Part shown: positions 14,292 through 25,690 of the stretch, in pieces
Numbering within the stretch: position 1 is the first letter of the stretch
Layout of the letters: each line of letters starts with the position of its first letter
DNA from: Narcine bancroftii
Taxonomy: Eukaryota
Assembly (NCBI RefSeq): GCF_036971445.1
Contig: NC_091478.1
Span: forward strand, 63,302,001 to 63,366,000
DNA length: 64,000 nucleotides
Direction: 5' to 3'
Program-made: the position numbers and the translations under genes
Notes under the pieces: generated by a model
The model's input: only the letters and a program-made list of their open reading frames with translations
What the model was told of the DNA's origin: nothing
The model's database searches: none

Positions 14292-17200
14292 AGGGGAGGA
14301 CTCACGTGATTGAGTAGTGGCCAGCAGGGGAATACCAGCCCTCTCCAGGAAAGAAGAAATAAAGTGAAGAAAATACAAAGTTCAAGAAATACAAAACATA
14401 ACAAATAAAAGATTAAGTTGTAGAGAAAAGAAAGAAAATGGCACCCAAGAAGGAAAAAGTAAAAACTATGGGAAAAAAGAAGAAAAGACAATGGAAGAAA
14501 AAGGAGAAGTCCTTACCTGCATGAAGAAACTTCATGGAGAAGAGAGCCCATTTTCCAAGGCTGGTGATGACCCCGCAGAGTCGTGACCTCCCAACCGCTG
14601 GACTGCAATAATGGCTCTTTGAGCCAAACAAAATTGTATAGTACACTTTCTTTTTTTTTCCGAAAATGCTATTTTTTTATTCACAACCTTAGTGGTACAG
14701 CAGGGCCTTTCAGGTCGTGGTTAAGCTATGTTGTTCACAATCTCACATTAAAACAAACAAACAAAACTGTAGCATAATTAAGCAAACAATGTATGAACAA
14801 TACAGATGATTGGACATTGTAAACCTGTCAACTACTCTGCAACTCTATTAATAGAGCCAACCACATTTTTCAATGCGTCTCCAGTAGGTAATTCACTGGA
14901 ACTACGTGTCTTACAGGAAGATGAGTAATGAAAGCACAGCCAGTATAACTACAGAAATGTTGCACAATTTTATTTCTATCATTTTGTAGAAAGTCCACAT
15001 GACACTCATCCAGCAACAAAAGAAATCTTTCCATGTTTTATACATCAAGATGACAGGGCTGAACGAAAAGTTAATTACTTTGGTCGATTGTTCTTCAGCA
15101 AGATATTACTAAACAAATATTGGTTTTTCATTTGCTGTTCCCAAAAGCCACTGGTGGTAGCTCCAACAAAGGTTGTCTGAAGAATCCAAATTCCATTGTA
15201 TTGGAATGACAAATTCTGGAACTTTTATAAACTTCATTCCATGAACAACCAATTAAACAAAACAAAGCAAAAGTACCAACCACATTCTGAACTGGCTGAT
15301 TCAAGGGTTCATGATTAACCAAAAAAATGCTAAATGAAATTTGTCTGACCAAGAAAGTACAAAACATTATAAGGCTGTTAAGTAACTATTAGTTTATGGT
15401 AAGCCAGTACAGTGCAGTTGTTGCTCAAGGCCACATAAACAGATTTCACTGCTGCTTGCACTCAGATGGTGGGCTTGGATCCTTCTTTGGATCATAATCC
15501 GGATCATTCTCTTCATCTGCTTCTTCCTCCCCTTCCTCATCATTTGCCACTTCATCTTCTTCATCATAATCATCATCGTCAATAGCTTCTCCAGTGAAGT
15601 ACAACACTGCTCGCGGAACTACCCGCTCATGCAAAAAGTGACCGATTTAAAAGTCAGAGGCGAGTATTGCCTCGGAATCTTCATTCATTTCTCCATTCTC
15701 CAGAACTTCAGGAGGTGAAAAAAAAATTGAAGAATGAATCATTTGGTACAGTTTTTGTAACAGTTCGAACAGTTCCACGACCCTGATGTTTCTGCTTCTT
15801 TTTAAATAGTTTTCTTTGTTATGTTCTTTCCTTTCTTCCAGTCAATATGGCACCCAGTGCACTCCATAATTTCTGGCCCATCAAATGAAAAGGGGTCTGA
15901 CTCATCAGGCTGTGATCTCATCATATGCATCTTTGTCACGACTTCATTTGTAAAATATTCAATTGATTCGAACTTAAATTCCAGAGTAAAATTCATTGGT
16001 TGTCCAGGATCTGAAAATTTAACCTTCAAGTCTTTTATATGCTTTAAACTAGGCTCATCATGTTCCTGTACCATGTCATTGAGCAAATCCACATTCTTAA
16101 AGACAGTTAACCAAAATTCTGGAATTCCCTTTGGTTTATCTTTTTCTTCATCCTTCTTTTCTTCCTCCACTTTCACCTTTTCTTTCATTTCATCTGATAA
16201 TTCCTCCTCTTCATCTCCTTGCAATTTGCATTCCTCCTCTGTAGGCTCAAGGGTGGCATTGATAATATCACACCTCTGATCAAAAAGAGGTTGATAAAGA
16301 GCAGTATATTATCTTTGCAATTCGTGAACTTCTTCATAGAACTTGGCCTCTATATGAGCACACTTCACCTGAAGGTTCTTCAAAGCATTAACACACTTCT
16401 TCACAATTTTTGGCAAGCTTTCTATATAACCAGATGGGTTTCCTACAAGTCCATCAAGTTGCTCCTGTAATGCTGCCAAAATTCATGGATTCTGCATCAT
16501 CTGAACTGTAAGCTGTCGAGCATTACTATCTTCAGATGCATCTTTTTCTACAATATCTTCAGCATCCTCCACATCTTCTTTCTGATAACTTTCAGTCTGC
16601 TCTTTGTTGTCAATATCTGCCATCTTCAAAAATAATACCAGATGCCTGGCTCCTGCAGCATGAGCTGCTTTCAAATGGTGCAAAAGCTGCAGTGCATTTA
16701 CTAAGGAAAAGGAGAACTCCGATGGGAGGGGGTCTCACCTGAGGAGAGGGCAACCACAGCGTGACCAGCTGAGGGATGGCGGACATCAGGGGTCTCAGCT
16801 GGAAGAAGAGGAAAGTGACAGCAAAGGTAGTGAAAGGAAAGAAGAGCAGCAGCAGGAGGCTCAACAGATGAGTAGCCCAGAAGAAGAGGACCAACAGCAA
16901 GAGGCAAAGCAAGAAGAAGCCCAGCAAAGTGAGGCAAGCAACTCATCAGGAAAGTCAGAAGAGACACAGATAGGAGAAAGAGAAGAGGAAGACACAAACA
17001 CAGGTGCAGACACAGAAGAAGAGGAAGAAGATTACCAAGATCTGCAGAGAGAAATAGAAGGTAAAATAGATGGACAGAATATAGATTAAAAAAAATTTCA
17101 AGAACAAATGAGAGCCTTAAAAGAATGGTTGACATTATAATTTAGTGAAATTAAAAGTACAGAAGAAAAAGTGAGTAGAATAGAGCTGGTCATAACAGAA

Positions 17201-18558
17201 ATAGGGAAAATATTAGAAAATGTGGAAGAATGAGAAACAGCTGTAGAAATTGGAAGAAAGTGACAAAAAAGTTAAAGACTCATCAGAGTTGTAAGCTCAG
17301 AAAATTGATATGATGGAAAATTATAGTAGACAAGAAACAATTTAAAGATAGTGGGCATAAAGGAAAATATAGAAAGCACAGATATGAAATAATTTATAAA
17401 AGAATGGATCCCAAAAGTCCTGGGAATGACAGAAATACAGGAAGGAATGGAAATAGAAAGGGCACACAGAACACTAGCCCAGAAACCACAAACACAACAA
17501 AAACCAAGATCCGTTTCAGTAAAATTTTTGAGATATACAACAAGAGAAAATATACTGGAGCAGGGAAGGAATAAAATTAGAGAAGACAAAAAACCATTGG
17601 AATACAGGGTCAAAAAATAGTTTTTTACCCAGACATAAGTTTTGAACTCCTAAAGAAGAGGAAGGAGTTTAATACAGCAAAATCGATCCTATGGAAAAAA
17701 AAGTTTATAAATTTATGTTAAGATATCCAACTGTGCAATATTTATCCCTGGGGAGCAAAACAGACTGTTCTCAGATCCAGAGGAAGCACGAGAATTTGCA
17801 GAACGCCTGCAGGACAGAAGGAGAGATTAAGAGATGTAACAAGAATGAAGAATGGCAATAAAATGCATATAAAGATGTAAAAGTAATGTATATGTAAGAA
17901 CTAAAGAAGGGAAAGAAAAGGGAAGAAAGGAAATAAGGGGTGGGGAACAGGGTGAGCTTTGTTATATGTGAAGAAAAAAGTATTTTCTGGAGGGGGTTAG
18001 GTGGGAGAGAATGAAATCAGTTGATGCTTGCGAGCGGGTTCACGATCCAAATGGAGAGGGGAGTTGTGGTTGCCTGGCAAGGGATAAGGGGCAACTCAGA
18101 GACTAAGGGAATATTAGATGTGGGAGTTGTTGAAGTATTTTATATTTTAAATATGTTATACATTGAGTTCAAAAAGGGAAAACTGAGAGATGAAAATGGG
18201 GAAAAGTGAAGAAATGGAAATGAGGTGTAAACAGGATATGAGATGGCCATGTTGAACTATATGACTATAAATATTAATGGATTACATAACCAAATTAAAT
18301 AAAAGAGGCTATTAAATTTCCTAAAAGAAAAAAAAATAGACATAGCATTTGTGCAGGAAATGCATCTAATTGAAGCAGAACATAATAAATTAAAGAGAGA
18401 CTGAGTAGGACACAGAAGCAGTATCATATAATTCAAAAGCTGGAGGTGTAGCTACATTAATTAATAAAAAAGTACCAATCAAAATAGAGGAGGAAATAAT
18501 AGATCCAGCAGGGAGATATGTAATGATAAAGTGTCAGATATATTCAGAGTTTTGGAAT
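14292..18558 (+). mobile_element. 3'-truncated L1 (5'UTR, ORF1, inter-ORF, start of ORF2 endonuclease) interrupted by the NAP1L1 retrocopy
   Basis: 5' end resembles that of the 11695 element. ORF1 IERAHR at 17426..17620; EN start MTININGL near 18260. Bounded by the 18-bp direct repeat TTGAACTTGGTACGTGGA (14274-14291, 18559-18576). Confidence 0.85.
14647..16690 (-). pseudogene. NAP1L1: Processed pseudogene of nucleosome assembly protein 1-like 1 (CDS remnant 16623 to 15446, with 3'UTR and poly-A)
   Basis: Intronless. Reads MADIDNKEQ..ARQLTVQMMQNP, GIPEFWLTVFKNV, DPFSFDGPEI and the C-terminal DPDYDPKKD..ECKQQ. AATAAA at 14676-14681 (minus) and poly-A at 14647-14659. Premature stops and frameshifts. 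Confidence 0.95.
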
Positions 18559-18698
18559 TTGAACTTGGTACGTGGACAAAGAGAACCAGAAATGCATCGC
18601 GGTGCAATAATCATGTGATAGACCACATCAGGGTCATACTGCCTCAAATTTCCGATGAAATCTGATTTTTTTCAACCCAAGTTACTCTCGTTTGCGAT

Positions 18699-18753
18699 AT
18701 GTTGTTCAAAGCAGTAATTCGGTACATGTCTCTTTTGGTTGTGATTTGGCAAG
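18699..18753 (+). CDS. IgSF gene A exon 1: leader peptide (MLFKAVIRYMSLLVVIWQ)
   Basis: ATG plus 18 codons, then phase-1 donor G|GTACGA. Aligns with the gene B leader at 55196-55250 (same length). Confidence 0.75.
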
Positions 18754-18918
18754 GTACGATCAATTTAGCAGCCACTTTGACGGCGTCAATCCGATTGCAC
18801 CATATTCTACGTTCGAATGCGATTCCCATTCTCTTGCCCTTGATCCTTCGAGGTTTTGTACTCGGCGTCTCTTGGTCCGGTGTGTGCATTTGTTTTTATC
18901 GTCCTTACTTTTTCCCAG

Positions 18919-19224
18919 CAGCCAAAGCAACTTCGAACAAGGTGGAACAATTCGATCGGGTTGTGAAAGTTTCCAAAGGTGGAAATGTAACGATGTACTG
19001 CAAGTATAAACTATTACAAGATATTGCTGACGTTTCCTGGTGGAAAGAGGGTGAGAAAACATTCATAGAGCCAGACAGCAAAACTCAATTTCGGGAAAAC
19101 AGGGCTATGAGTACATTTACGCTCCTGAACGCTAGTGTCGCAGATATCGGGATGTATTATTGTCAAGTGAAGCATCGGCAACAAATAATCGGAAATGGAA
19201 GCGGCTCCCAGCTTATTGTGTTGA
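18919..19224 (+). CDS. IgSF gene A exon 2: V-type domain with in-exon J-like motif
   Basis: Polypyrimidine-CAG acceptor, donor A|GTGAGT, phase 1-1. Motifs GGNVTMYC, VSWWK, DIGMYYC, GNGSGSQLIV. Confidence 0.92.
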
Positions 19225-19657
19225 GTGAGTGTATTTTTGTTACTCTGAGTAGGAGAATTTTGTGTTTTGGTGACATCGGTAAATTTCCCGGGTCGTTTTG
19301 ATTTAAAATGTGATAATTGGGTTAATAGGGTGTGAACGTATTCGTCTCATCCTTCAATAAATACTTCAGAGGTGGAATCCCGAAATAAAATAGAACACCC
19401 AGAGTTTATTCCTCACCTTATTTTGTGCTTCATATGGACGTGACCCCGTTCATTTCCACGCCATCCCGATTGTTTTGGCGTCCGCTTCTCAAATTCCCAA
19501 TGCAATGTTTCCTATCGCAAATTTCAGACACTTGCAAAACAAACTCCCAATTTTGAGATGGAGATTTTTTTTTCGGGAGAGCTGAATAATATTAGGGGAT
19601 AGGGGATGGAAAATATCATCAAAAACATTCATATTTGCATTCTTCTCTCTGTCTCAG

Positions 19658-19954
19658 CTCCCCCAACTCCCCTGAACATTGTTCCTGTTGAAACGACTTC
19701 ACCGCATTCTCGGAAACTCGTGTGTAAAACGGCTCCATTTTATCCGGAGGAATTAGAAATCATCTGGCGAAGAAATAACATGGACATTCGGACCGGAGTA
19801 GAAACTGAGACACGGACGACTGCGGAAGGATTTTATGAGGCTTCGAGTGTTTTGGAAGATTCGCAGCTTGCTCTGGGCAAAGCTGTTTACACCTGCCTCG
19901 TGTCACATGAGGCTCTTACAATGTCTGCCAGCTTCACCTACATTATCGAGCAAG
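19658..19954 (+). CDS. IgSF gene A exon 3: C1-set Ig domain
   Basis: CAG acceptor and G|GTAAGG donor. LVCKTAPFYPEELEIIW and YTCLVSH (FYP and YxCxVxH C1 signatures). Confidence 0.92.
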
Positions 19955-20769
19955 GTAAGGAGGGAAGCTCCAGCCCAGATGAGAAATTCTTCGACCACCG
20001 CAGTCTAGTCGCGCACGAGGGCAAGAAAGGTGAATTGTTTTCATTCACCATAAAAAGTTTTGTTTTCAAAAGCTAAAACGTCATTTCCAGTCTGAACTAA
20101 CATATTCTGCCTGCGACCTCGCAAACATTATTGCATATTTCAAAGCCATTAAAATGCAAACAAGCACCAATAGGAAATATAGCCAATGCTTAGGCCGATG
20201 GACGGACGTTAAGACGTTCAGGTGGACGTTAAGACCTTTTCCCAGGAGAAAAGCTAAAGCAGAAATTGGATTTATATGCGAAATTTAGCTTTGATGCGGG
20301 TAGAACGGGGGGAAACAGCGGAGAAAGCATCGGAATAAGCAAGTTAAGAAATGGCAAGAACTTAGAAACGGTTCCCGAAACATGATCGCGTGAGAGAAAG
20401 GCATAGCTGGGTAACATCCAATCACCAAGCCCCTTGTGGCGTTTGTGTCCAAGGTACAAATCCATTGCTGTTTAATTTTCGCAGCATGGGATTTACTCCT
20501 TCATCATCAATCACTCTGTCAAATGGTGCTTCAGCAAACACTATAACCTTTCATTCAAATCCAACCCATATAAGGGTCTTGAATCCCGTGCAGTCCAATC
20601 TCATAACATTCTCCACTCCTTATATCGTCGCAAAGTAATCGCTTTGAAGCGTTCAATTTGCTGTTAGTCCTTATGTTTCTCTTAGGCGACCGAGCAAATG
20701 ATTTGCCAGTGGACCGTAATGTAAAGAATTTTTTTTACGGCAGAAGAATTAGAAAGAAACCATTTGTGA

Positions 20770-21540
20770 CCATTAAATTAAGTGCAGAGGATTTCTACCT
20801 GCTGTACCAACTCCAAGATCTCTCTGCAGATCCATATCATTCACTGGGTGTATTCTACCCACATTATATCGGTCAAAATGCAACACCTTTCCTTTCTCTG
20901 TATTTAATCCCATCAAATATTCGTCTCCCCATCTGCCCAACCGATCAATATCATGCTGCAATCCTGTCCCAATCTTTGGGAATCGTCCTCACTGTCTACA
21001 ATACCGGACACTTCCGTGTCATCGACGAACATTTTGGAGCCGTAATTGACAGTTCTTTGAAGGCAGGGAAAAAAGGTAAAATCTCTTTCAAAGTTCAGAG
21101 TAATGTCTCTAAAATACATGGTATTAATGTAATGAATGGAAAGTAAAAATGCTAAACACAACCAATATTAAGCATATTTCTTAGAGTTGCAGATTCATGC
21201 AGCACAGAATTAGCCCTTCGGCCCATCTCATCCATACCGAATAAATTTGTATTCTGGGCCGGTTCCACGTGCCTGCATTTAGTCCACACAACTTTCCAAT
21301 CTAATCATCTGTGCAAATATCCTTGGAATTTGGAAATTGTGCTCGCTTCTATAGCTTCCTCTGCCAGCTCGATTAAAAAACGGACTGTCCTCTGAGAGAA
21401 GAGGTTTCTACTCAAGTCCCTCTCAAATCCCTCCTGATTCACCTTGGACCTATACTCTCTAGTTCTACAATCCTCAACACTGGAGACAATAAACAATGAG
21501 CGTTCACTCTATGCATGCCTCACATGATTTCAATAAATTG
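20770..21540 (-). mobile_element. Degenerate CR1 LINE fragments in gene A intron
   Basis: SKMFVDDTEVSGIVDSEDD RT motif and a CR1 3'-end-like sequence on the minus strand. Confidence 0.6.
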
Positions 21541-21766
21541 GCAAAATAATCTAATAGCCAATCCTCTTTATAGCGTAATACTGACTGTGTCTTGAGCACA
21601 AACAGAAATACGTTCCTCAATGTGTAACGTAAATATGTCCTACATTCCTTCCCGAGTCTCTATTATTCTCTATCCATCTCTTTTTTCCCTCATCTTCCTA
21701 CCTGCTTCGCTTCCCTCACCATTTAGAGCAGTGGTTCTCAACCTTTTTCTTTCCACTCACATACCA

Positions 21767-21823
21767 TTGGTATCACATGAATCCTCTAAGACACCCTCCC
21801 GTTTCAGTAGGTAGCCGAGCAAT
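21767..21823 (+). pseudogene. Relic of the 3' end of a C1 exon (LVSHESSKTPSRFS...EQ)
   Basis: Aligns with the end of gene A exon 3 (LVSHEALTMSASFT..EQG) and is followed by sequence homologous to the start of intron 3. Cut on the 5' side by a hAT-type end (CAGTGGTTCTCAACC at 21729). Confidence 0.65.
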
Positions 21824-22309
21824 GCAAGAAGGAAAGCATTTAAAGCAAGTTCCAACCCGGATGAGCAATTTAGGAGCGATGAATATGAATTATATATCTC
21901 GCTGTTGAATTCATCTGTTCCCCGTTACATTGCAAACATCCCAAGTCAATTCACAAAAACTTTTAAAATGCAAACAAGCACCAATAAGGAAATATGACAC
22001 AAGGAAATATGAGGGCAGATGGCCGGCTGCTTCGGCCATGAGGTAAACTTAAAAGATTTTTTGCATAACTGTATGTGGAGGTATGATGGCCAGATTCTAG
22101 GGTGACATTGACCAAGAATTTATTTTCGGGCGGAAAGCTGAGGCACGGGTGGATATAAGTTTATGGCCAGTAGAACAGGGATGGCCAGCCAAGAATGCAA
22201 CGAAACAAGCATGTTTATCGAAGGCAATGATCTGAAATAAGGGTGTCTAAACAAGCGAAGTGCGAGAAAGGCACAGTCCGGCATTGCCACCGCGCTAGGT
22301 AGCACAAAC

Positions 22310-22680
22310 ATCGGCCCTTCTGCCCAACGCGTCCTTACCGAACAAGATGCCCTTCCTGAACTAGTGGCATTTGTCTGTATTTAGCTCTTACGCCTCTAAA
22401 CCTTTTCTATCCATGTATCTTTCAAAATATTTTTTAGCTTTTTAATTTTTCCTGCTTCTGTTACCACCTCTGATGGAAATGCCACATACAACATATCCTC
22501 CACCATCTGAGTGCCCTTCAGGGTTATTTTACTTCTTTCCATTCTCATCTTTAATTCGTGCGTTCTTGTTTTGGCCTCCGCGAGCTCAAGGAAAATTCTG
22601 TGACAACCCATTTTATCTATGCCGTCATGATTTATAGAGGTCATCTCTCAGTCTCCTCCGTTCCAGGGAGAAAATGTCGC
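22310..22680 (-). mobile_element. CR1 3' end remnant
   Basis: Minus ORF 22396..22644 resembles the CR1 ORF2 C-terminus (KTRTHELK..). Confidence 0.5.
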
Positions 22681-23507
22681 GCCCTATGAAGTATATCGTC
22701 CTAACTCAAGCTTTACAGCCCCCCCCCCCCTACATTCACATCTGTTCTGCTCCCTTTCCAGCTTCGTGTACTTCAGAATTCGTTGCAACTCTCTTTGATA
22801 CCTCTGTGCCCACCAAAACAACTCTTGCTGCTTTCCTGCCACATGAAAATTGTTTCCTCGGTACCTATTACTCTACCACAGGATAATCTCTAAATAATGC
22901 CCACTAGATTAAGGTCCAATGTGTATATGTACGTCGGAGAGCAAAGATCTTGGACCTAATGCCGAATCGCCAGCAATTCCTTTCTATAAACCTTTCCATT
23001 CCAGATGACCATTGCTCCCGCTTTCCTTCATTCAGTTCGCCCTCATCCTTTGGGCAGGTTCACGTGAGAAAGCAAAAGGAAATGGGGGTTGTCAAAATTA
23101 TGCCTTTTAATGTGAAGTGATTTGGGGTGCCTTATTGTCTTATATGCACAAAGCAAATAACATGTTTCTCTTGTTAACAAATTAGAATCTGTTGGGGCAA
23201 GTACTGAATATCCGCTCCAGAACAGAGAACATCTTGACCTTTTCAAGCTAATGTCAAGCTGCTTGGTGCAGCATCGTAAACAGATAACGAGACTCCTCTT
23301 AATCTGAATAGACCATCTTATGTGCAAAGCACTAATGCGATTTGTTTGTTCTGTAGATTCTGTCATTAAATTATAATTCGTGATTTGTAGTGTTCCTTGT
23401 AATTTATGTACCATAAGGAATGAAAAATATATGTTCAGTCTTCTTGACTCCCAATACATGAATATGTATCTATGTGTCATGGTTTCTTGTTTTTTCATTT
23501 GGTTCAG

Positions 23508-23609
23508 AGAGCTCAGGTGGAAAATATGTTCTTGGATGTGCATTGAGCGGATCCGCAATTGTGATTCTGGTTATATTTTTGAACACATATGGATTAAAAA
23601 CAGATTGTG
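23508..23609 (+). CDS. IgSF gene A transmembrane exon TM1 (ESSGGKYVLGCALSGSAIVILVIFLNTYGLKTDC)
   Basis: Polypyrimidine-CAG acceptor, G|GTAAGA donor, phase 1-1, hydrophobic stretch, homologous to the gene B TM exon. Confidence 0.8.
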
Positions 23610-23764
23610 GTAAGAATACTGTAGAATTTACCATTCCTTCATTCTGTTTTAGATAAGAGAAAAATGACATCCTCTCAACCTGCAAAACACCATGACAATA
23701 GCGTAATTGACAATACCAAATTTTTAAATGGATCTTAAAATACAATTCTTTAAATTTTCCGGAC

Positions 23765-23829
23765 AGCTGCCTGGTTTCAAAATGAATCTTTCAAAGTTTA
23801 TGTCCGTTTAAGATACGGTGTCAAAAAGT
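23765..23829 (+). pseudogene. Second relic of a C1 exon 3' end (CLVS-NESFKVYVRLRYGVK)
   Basis: TGCCTGGTTTCA(A)AATGAATCT reads CLVS.NES with a 1-nt frameshift. Followed by AAGCTCCAGTGCAGATGTGAAATT, homologous to the intron-3 start at 19965. Confidence 0.55.
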
Positions 23830-24467
23830 TTAGACTAGAAGCGTTAAAGCAAGCTCCAGTGCAGATGTGAAATTTAAGTGGATTGCTGACATACTCGAGG
23901 ATGAAAATTATGAATTGTATTTATTCATAGTGAAAAGTCAACGTGCGAGCAGATCAAAAGTGAATACATCATTTCCAATCGAACTTCTGCATAGAAGGTC
24001 CGCTGAAGATTAATTGTCACTTGCCGACTATGCAAGTCTATAAAATGGAGTCTTTCCAATATCTCTCATTTCTCAACTCTCGCCATGTACGTTAGCTTTC
24101 TTCAAGTTTTCATCCAGATCCTTCTATAATATCCCCAGCCTACTAGACCCTTCTCCTTATCTATAATTCTACTGTTTGCATATCTCCTTTCTCCAGGAGT
24201 GGGGCCATCCCAGTTACGGCCCAGCCAACCATTCCGCCTAGTTATGCTTATATTTGATGTGGAGAGAGAAATAGTGAGACAACTTTGTTAATTCCGGTAT
24301 CGGTCGATAAGCATCACAAGGTTCCTACTTCCTCCAAGTAATTCTGTATTCTTCAACTCATTATCCATTATGTGTCCTCTTCAAATATTGTCTTCACCCT
24401 TGTTAATTTTACATACCGGAAGAACATTCTACTTTCCATGTGGTTTTACTCCAACAACAAGGACATG

Positions 24468-25555
24468 GTGCCCAATGCCACCATGTAATATTTGCTTAAT
24501 ATATTCCATAATTAACCAACAATCTGAGTTTTTTTTTTCAAACTGTAAAATGCTATATTTCGCCGACTCCCAATCCTTGTATTGTAATTGCATGGGGCTT
24601 TGTTGAGGTCACTCTGACGAGAATACAGTTTTGTCCTTAATACACAGGGAAGGATATCCTTTGTCTGAAGCTGAAGTGTCCATTCAAGAGATTGATTCCT
24701 AGACGAATAGTATCAGGCGTTGAATGGGGTGAGAATAATGGCATCGGTGTGAAGTTCAAAATGATTTCACTGAAATGGTTACATTGTAAGAGGGATTCCC
24801 CAGGCAATAAAGGGCGTGACACTTTCCTCCAGCCGGGATAACGGTCTGGCTTCCAAGATGCAAATGAACAAATCTTCTTCTCTGAGAGATTTATGACTCT
24901 TTGTTTACCTCAGAATACTGTGGACGAAAAGTCACTGAGAATATTCCAGGCTGCAATTGTTAAATTGAGAATCAAGCGATCTTAACGCCAAACGGGATAG
25001 TGGGTGACACCGTATTCTCGAGAAATGCCTTTAGGTTACAAAATGACAAAATCTTAGTTATATCGAAGTTATTTCATTCTTCCATATACTGTTTCGGGTC
25101 AATATGTTTTAGATTTCGTTCTGTTCATCCATTTTCTGCACACGATGTCTTCAGCTGTCAATACTCTTCATTCTCGATGTCCCTCTGCAACCCCATCTAT
25201 TGCATTACCTGTCTCTAAAATGTTCAATTTCCTATTATACGCATCAATACCTTTATATGCAATGTCGAGGGATTTATTGCTATGTTAGACACAACATAAA
25301 ATACCGGTTCTTCCACGCAGCTGCTTGAACCTAGGACAGGTGCTCACTGAACACGGAAGTCGTTTTGATCAGCTGATATGAATGCCCGGCTCAGCAAAAT
25401 AAAAAGCAAACAACTCCTCTTAATCGGAATAAACAATTCCTATGTGCCCAATGCCACCATGTAATGTTTGCTTAATATATTCCATAATTAACCAATAATC
25501 GGAGAATTTTTCAAACTGTAAAATACTATATTTCGCCGACTCCCAATCCTTGTAT
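24468..25555 (+). repeat. Local direct repeat of about 112 bp (24468-24582 and 25444-25555) from the pre-TM intron
   Basis: Near-identical copies GTGCCCAATGCCACCATGTAAT...GACTCCCAATCCTTGTAT. Confidence 0.9.
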
Positions 25556-25588
25556 GTTTCACAATTTCTTATTTTTCTCCTGATCCAG

Positions 25589-25690
25589 AAAGCAATTATA
25601 AAAGACTAACTATCATGCGTACAGCCGGTGGATTGGCCATTTTACTTCTGGTTATAATTTTGACAAGATTCGCATTAAAGGCATAACATG
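25589..25690 (+). CDS. IgSF gene A second transmembrane exon TM2 with a stop before the donor (ESNYKRLTIMRTAGGLAILLLVIILTRFALKA*); tail-less isoform or pseudo-exon
   Basis: CCAG acceptor, G|GTAAGA donor, 102 nt like TM1. TAA sits where gene B has TCA (LKASRG). Confidence 0.65.

Noticed and set aside
15446-16623. Functional NAP1L1 retrogene
   Set aside because: Stop at 16483-16485 plus further stops and frameshifts.
18699-19301. The 200-aa single-exon ORF as the gene A protein
   Set aside because: It runs through intron 1 and into intron 2; splice sites and paralogue alignment support the spliced model.
19633-19640. Octamer ATTTGCAT/ATGCAAAT in the V-C1 introns (19633, 57769) as an Ig-like enhancer
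   Set aside because: Several copies are expected by chance in 64 kb of AT-rich DNA (others at 24858 and 30736), and the positions are not homologous between the genes.
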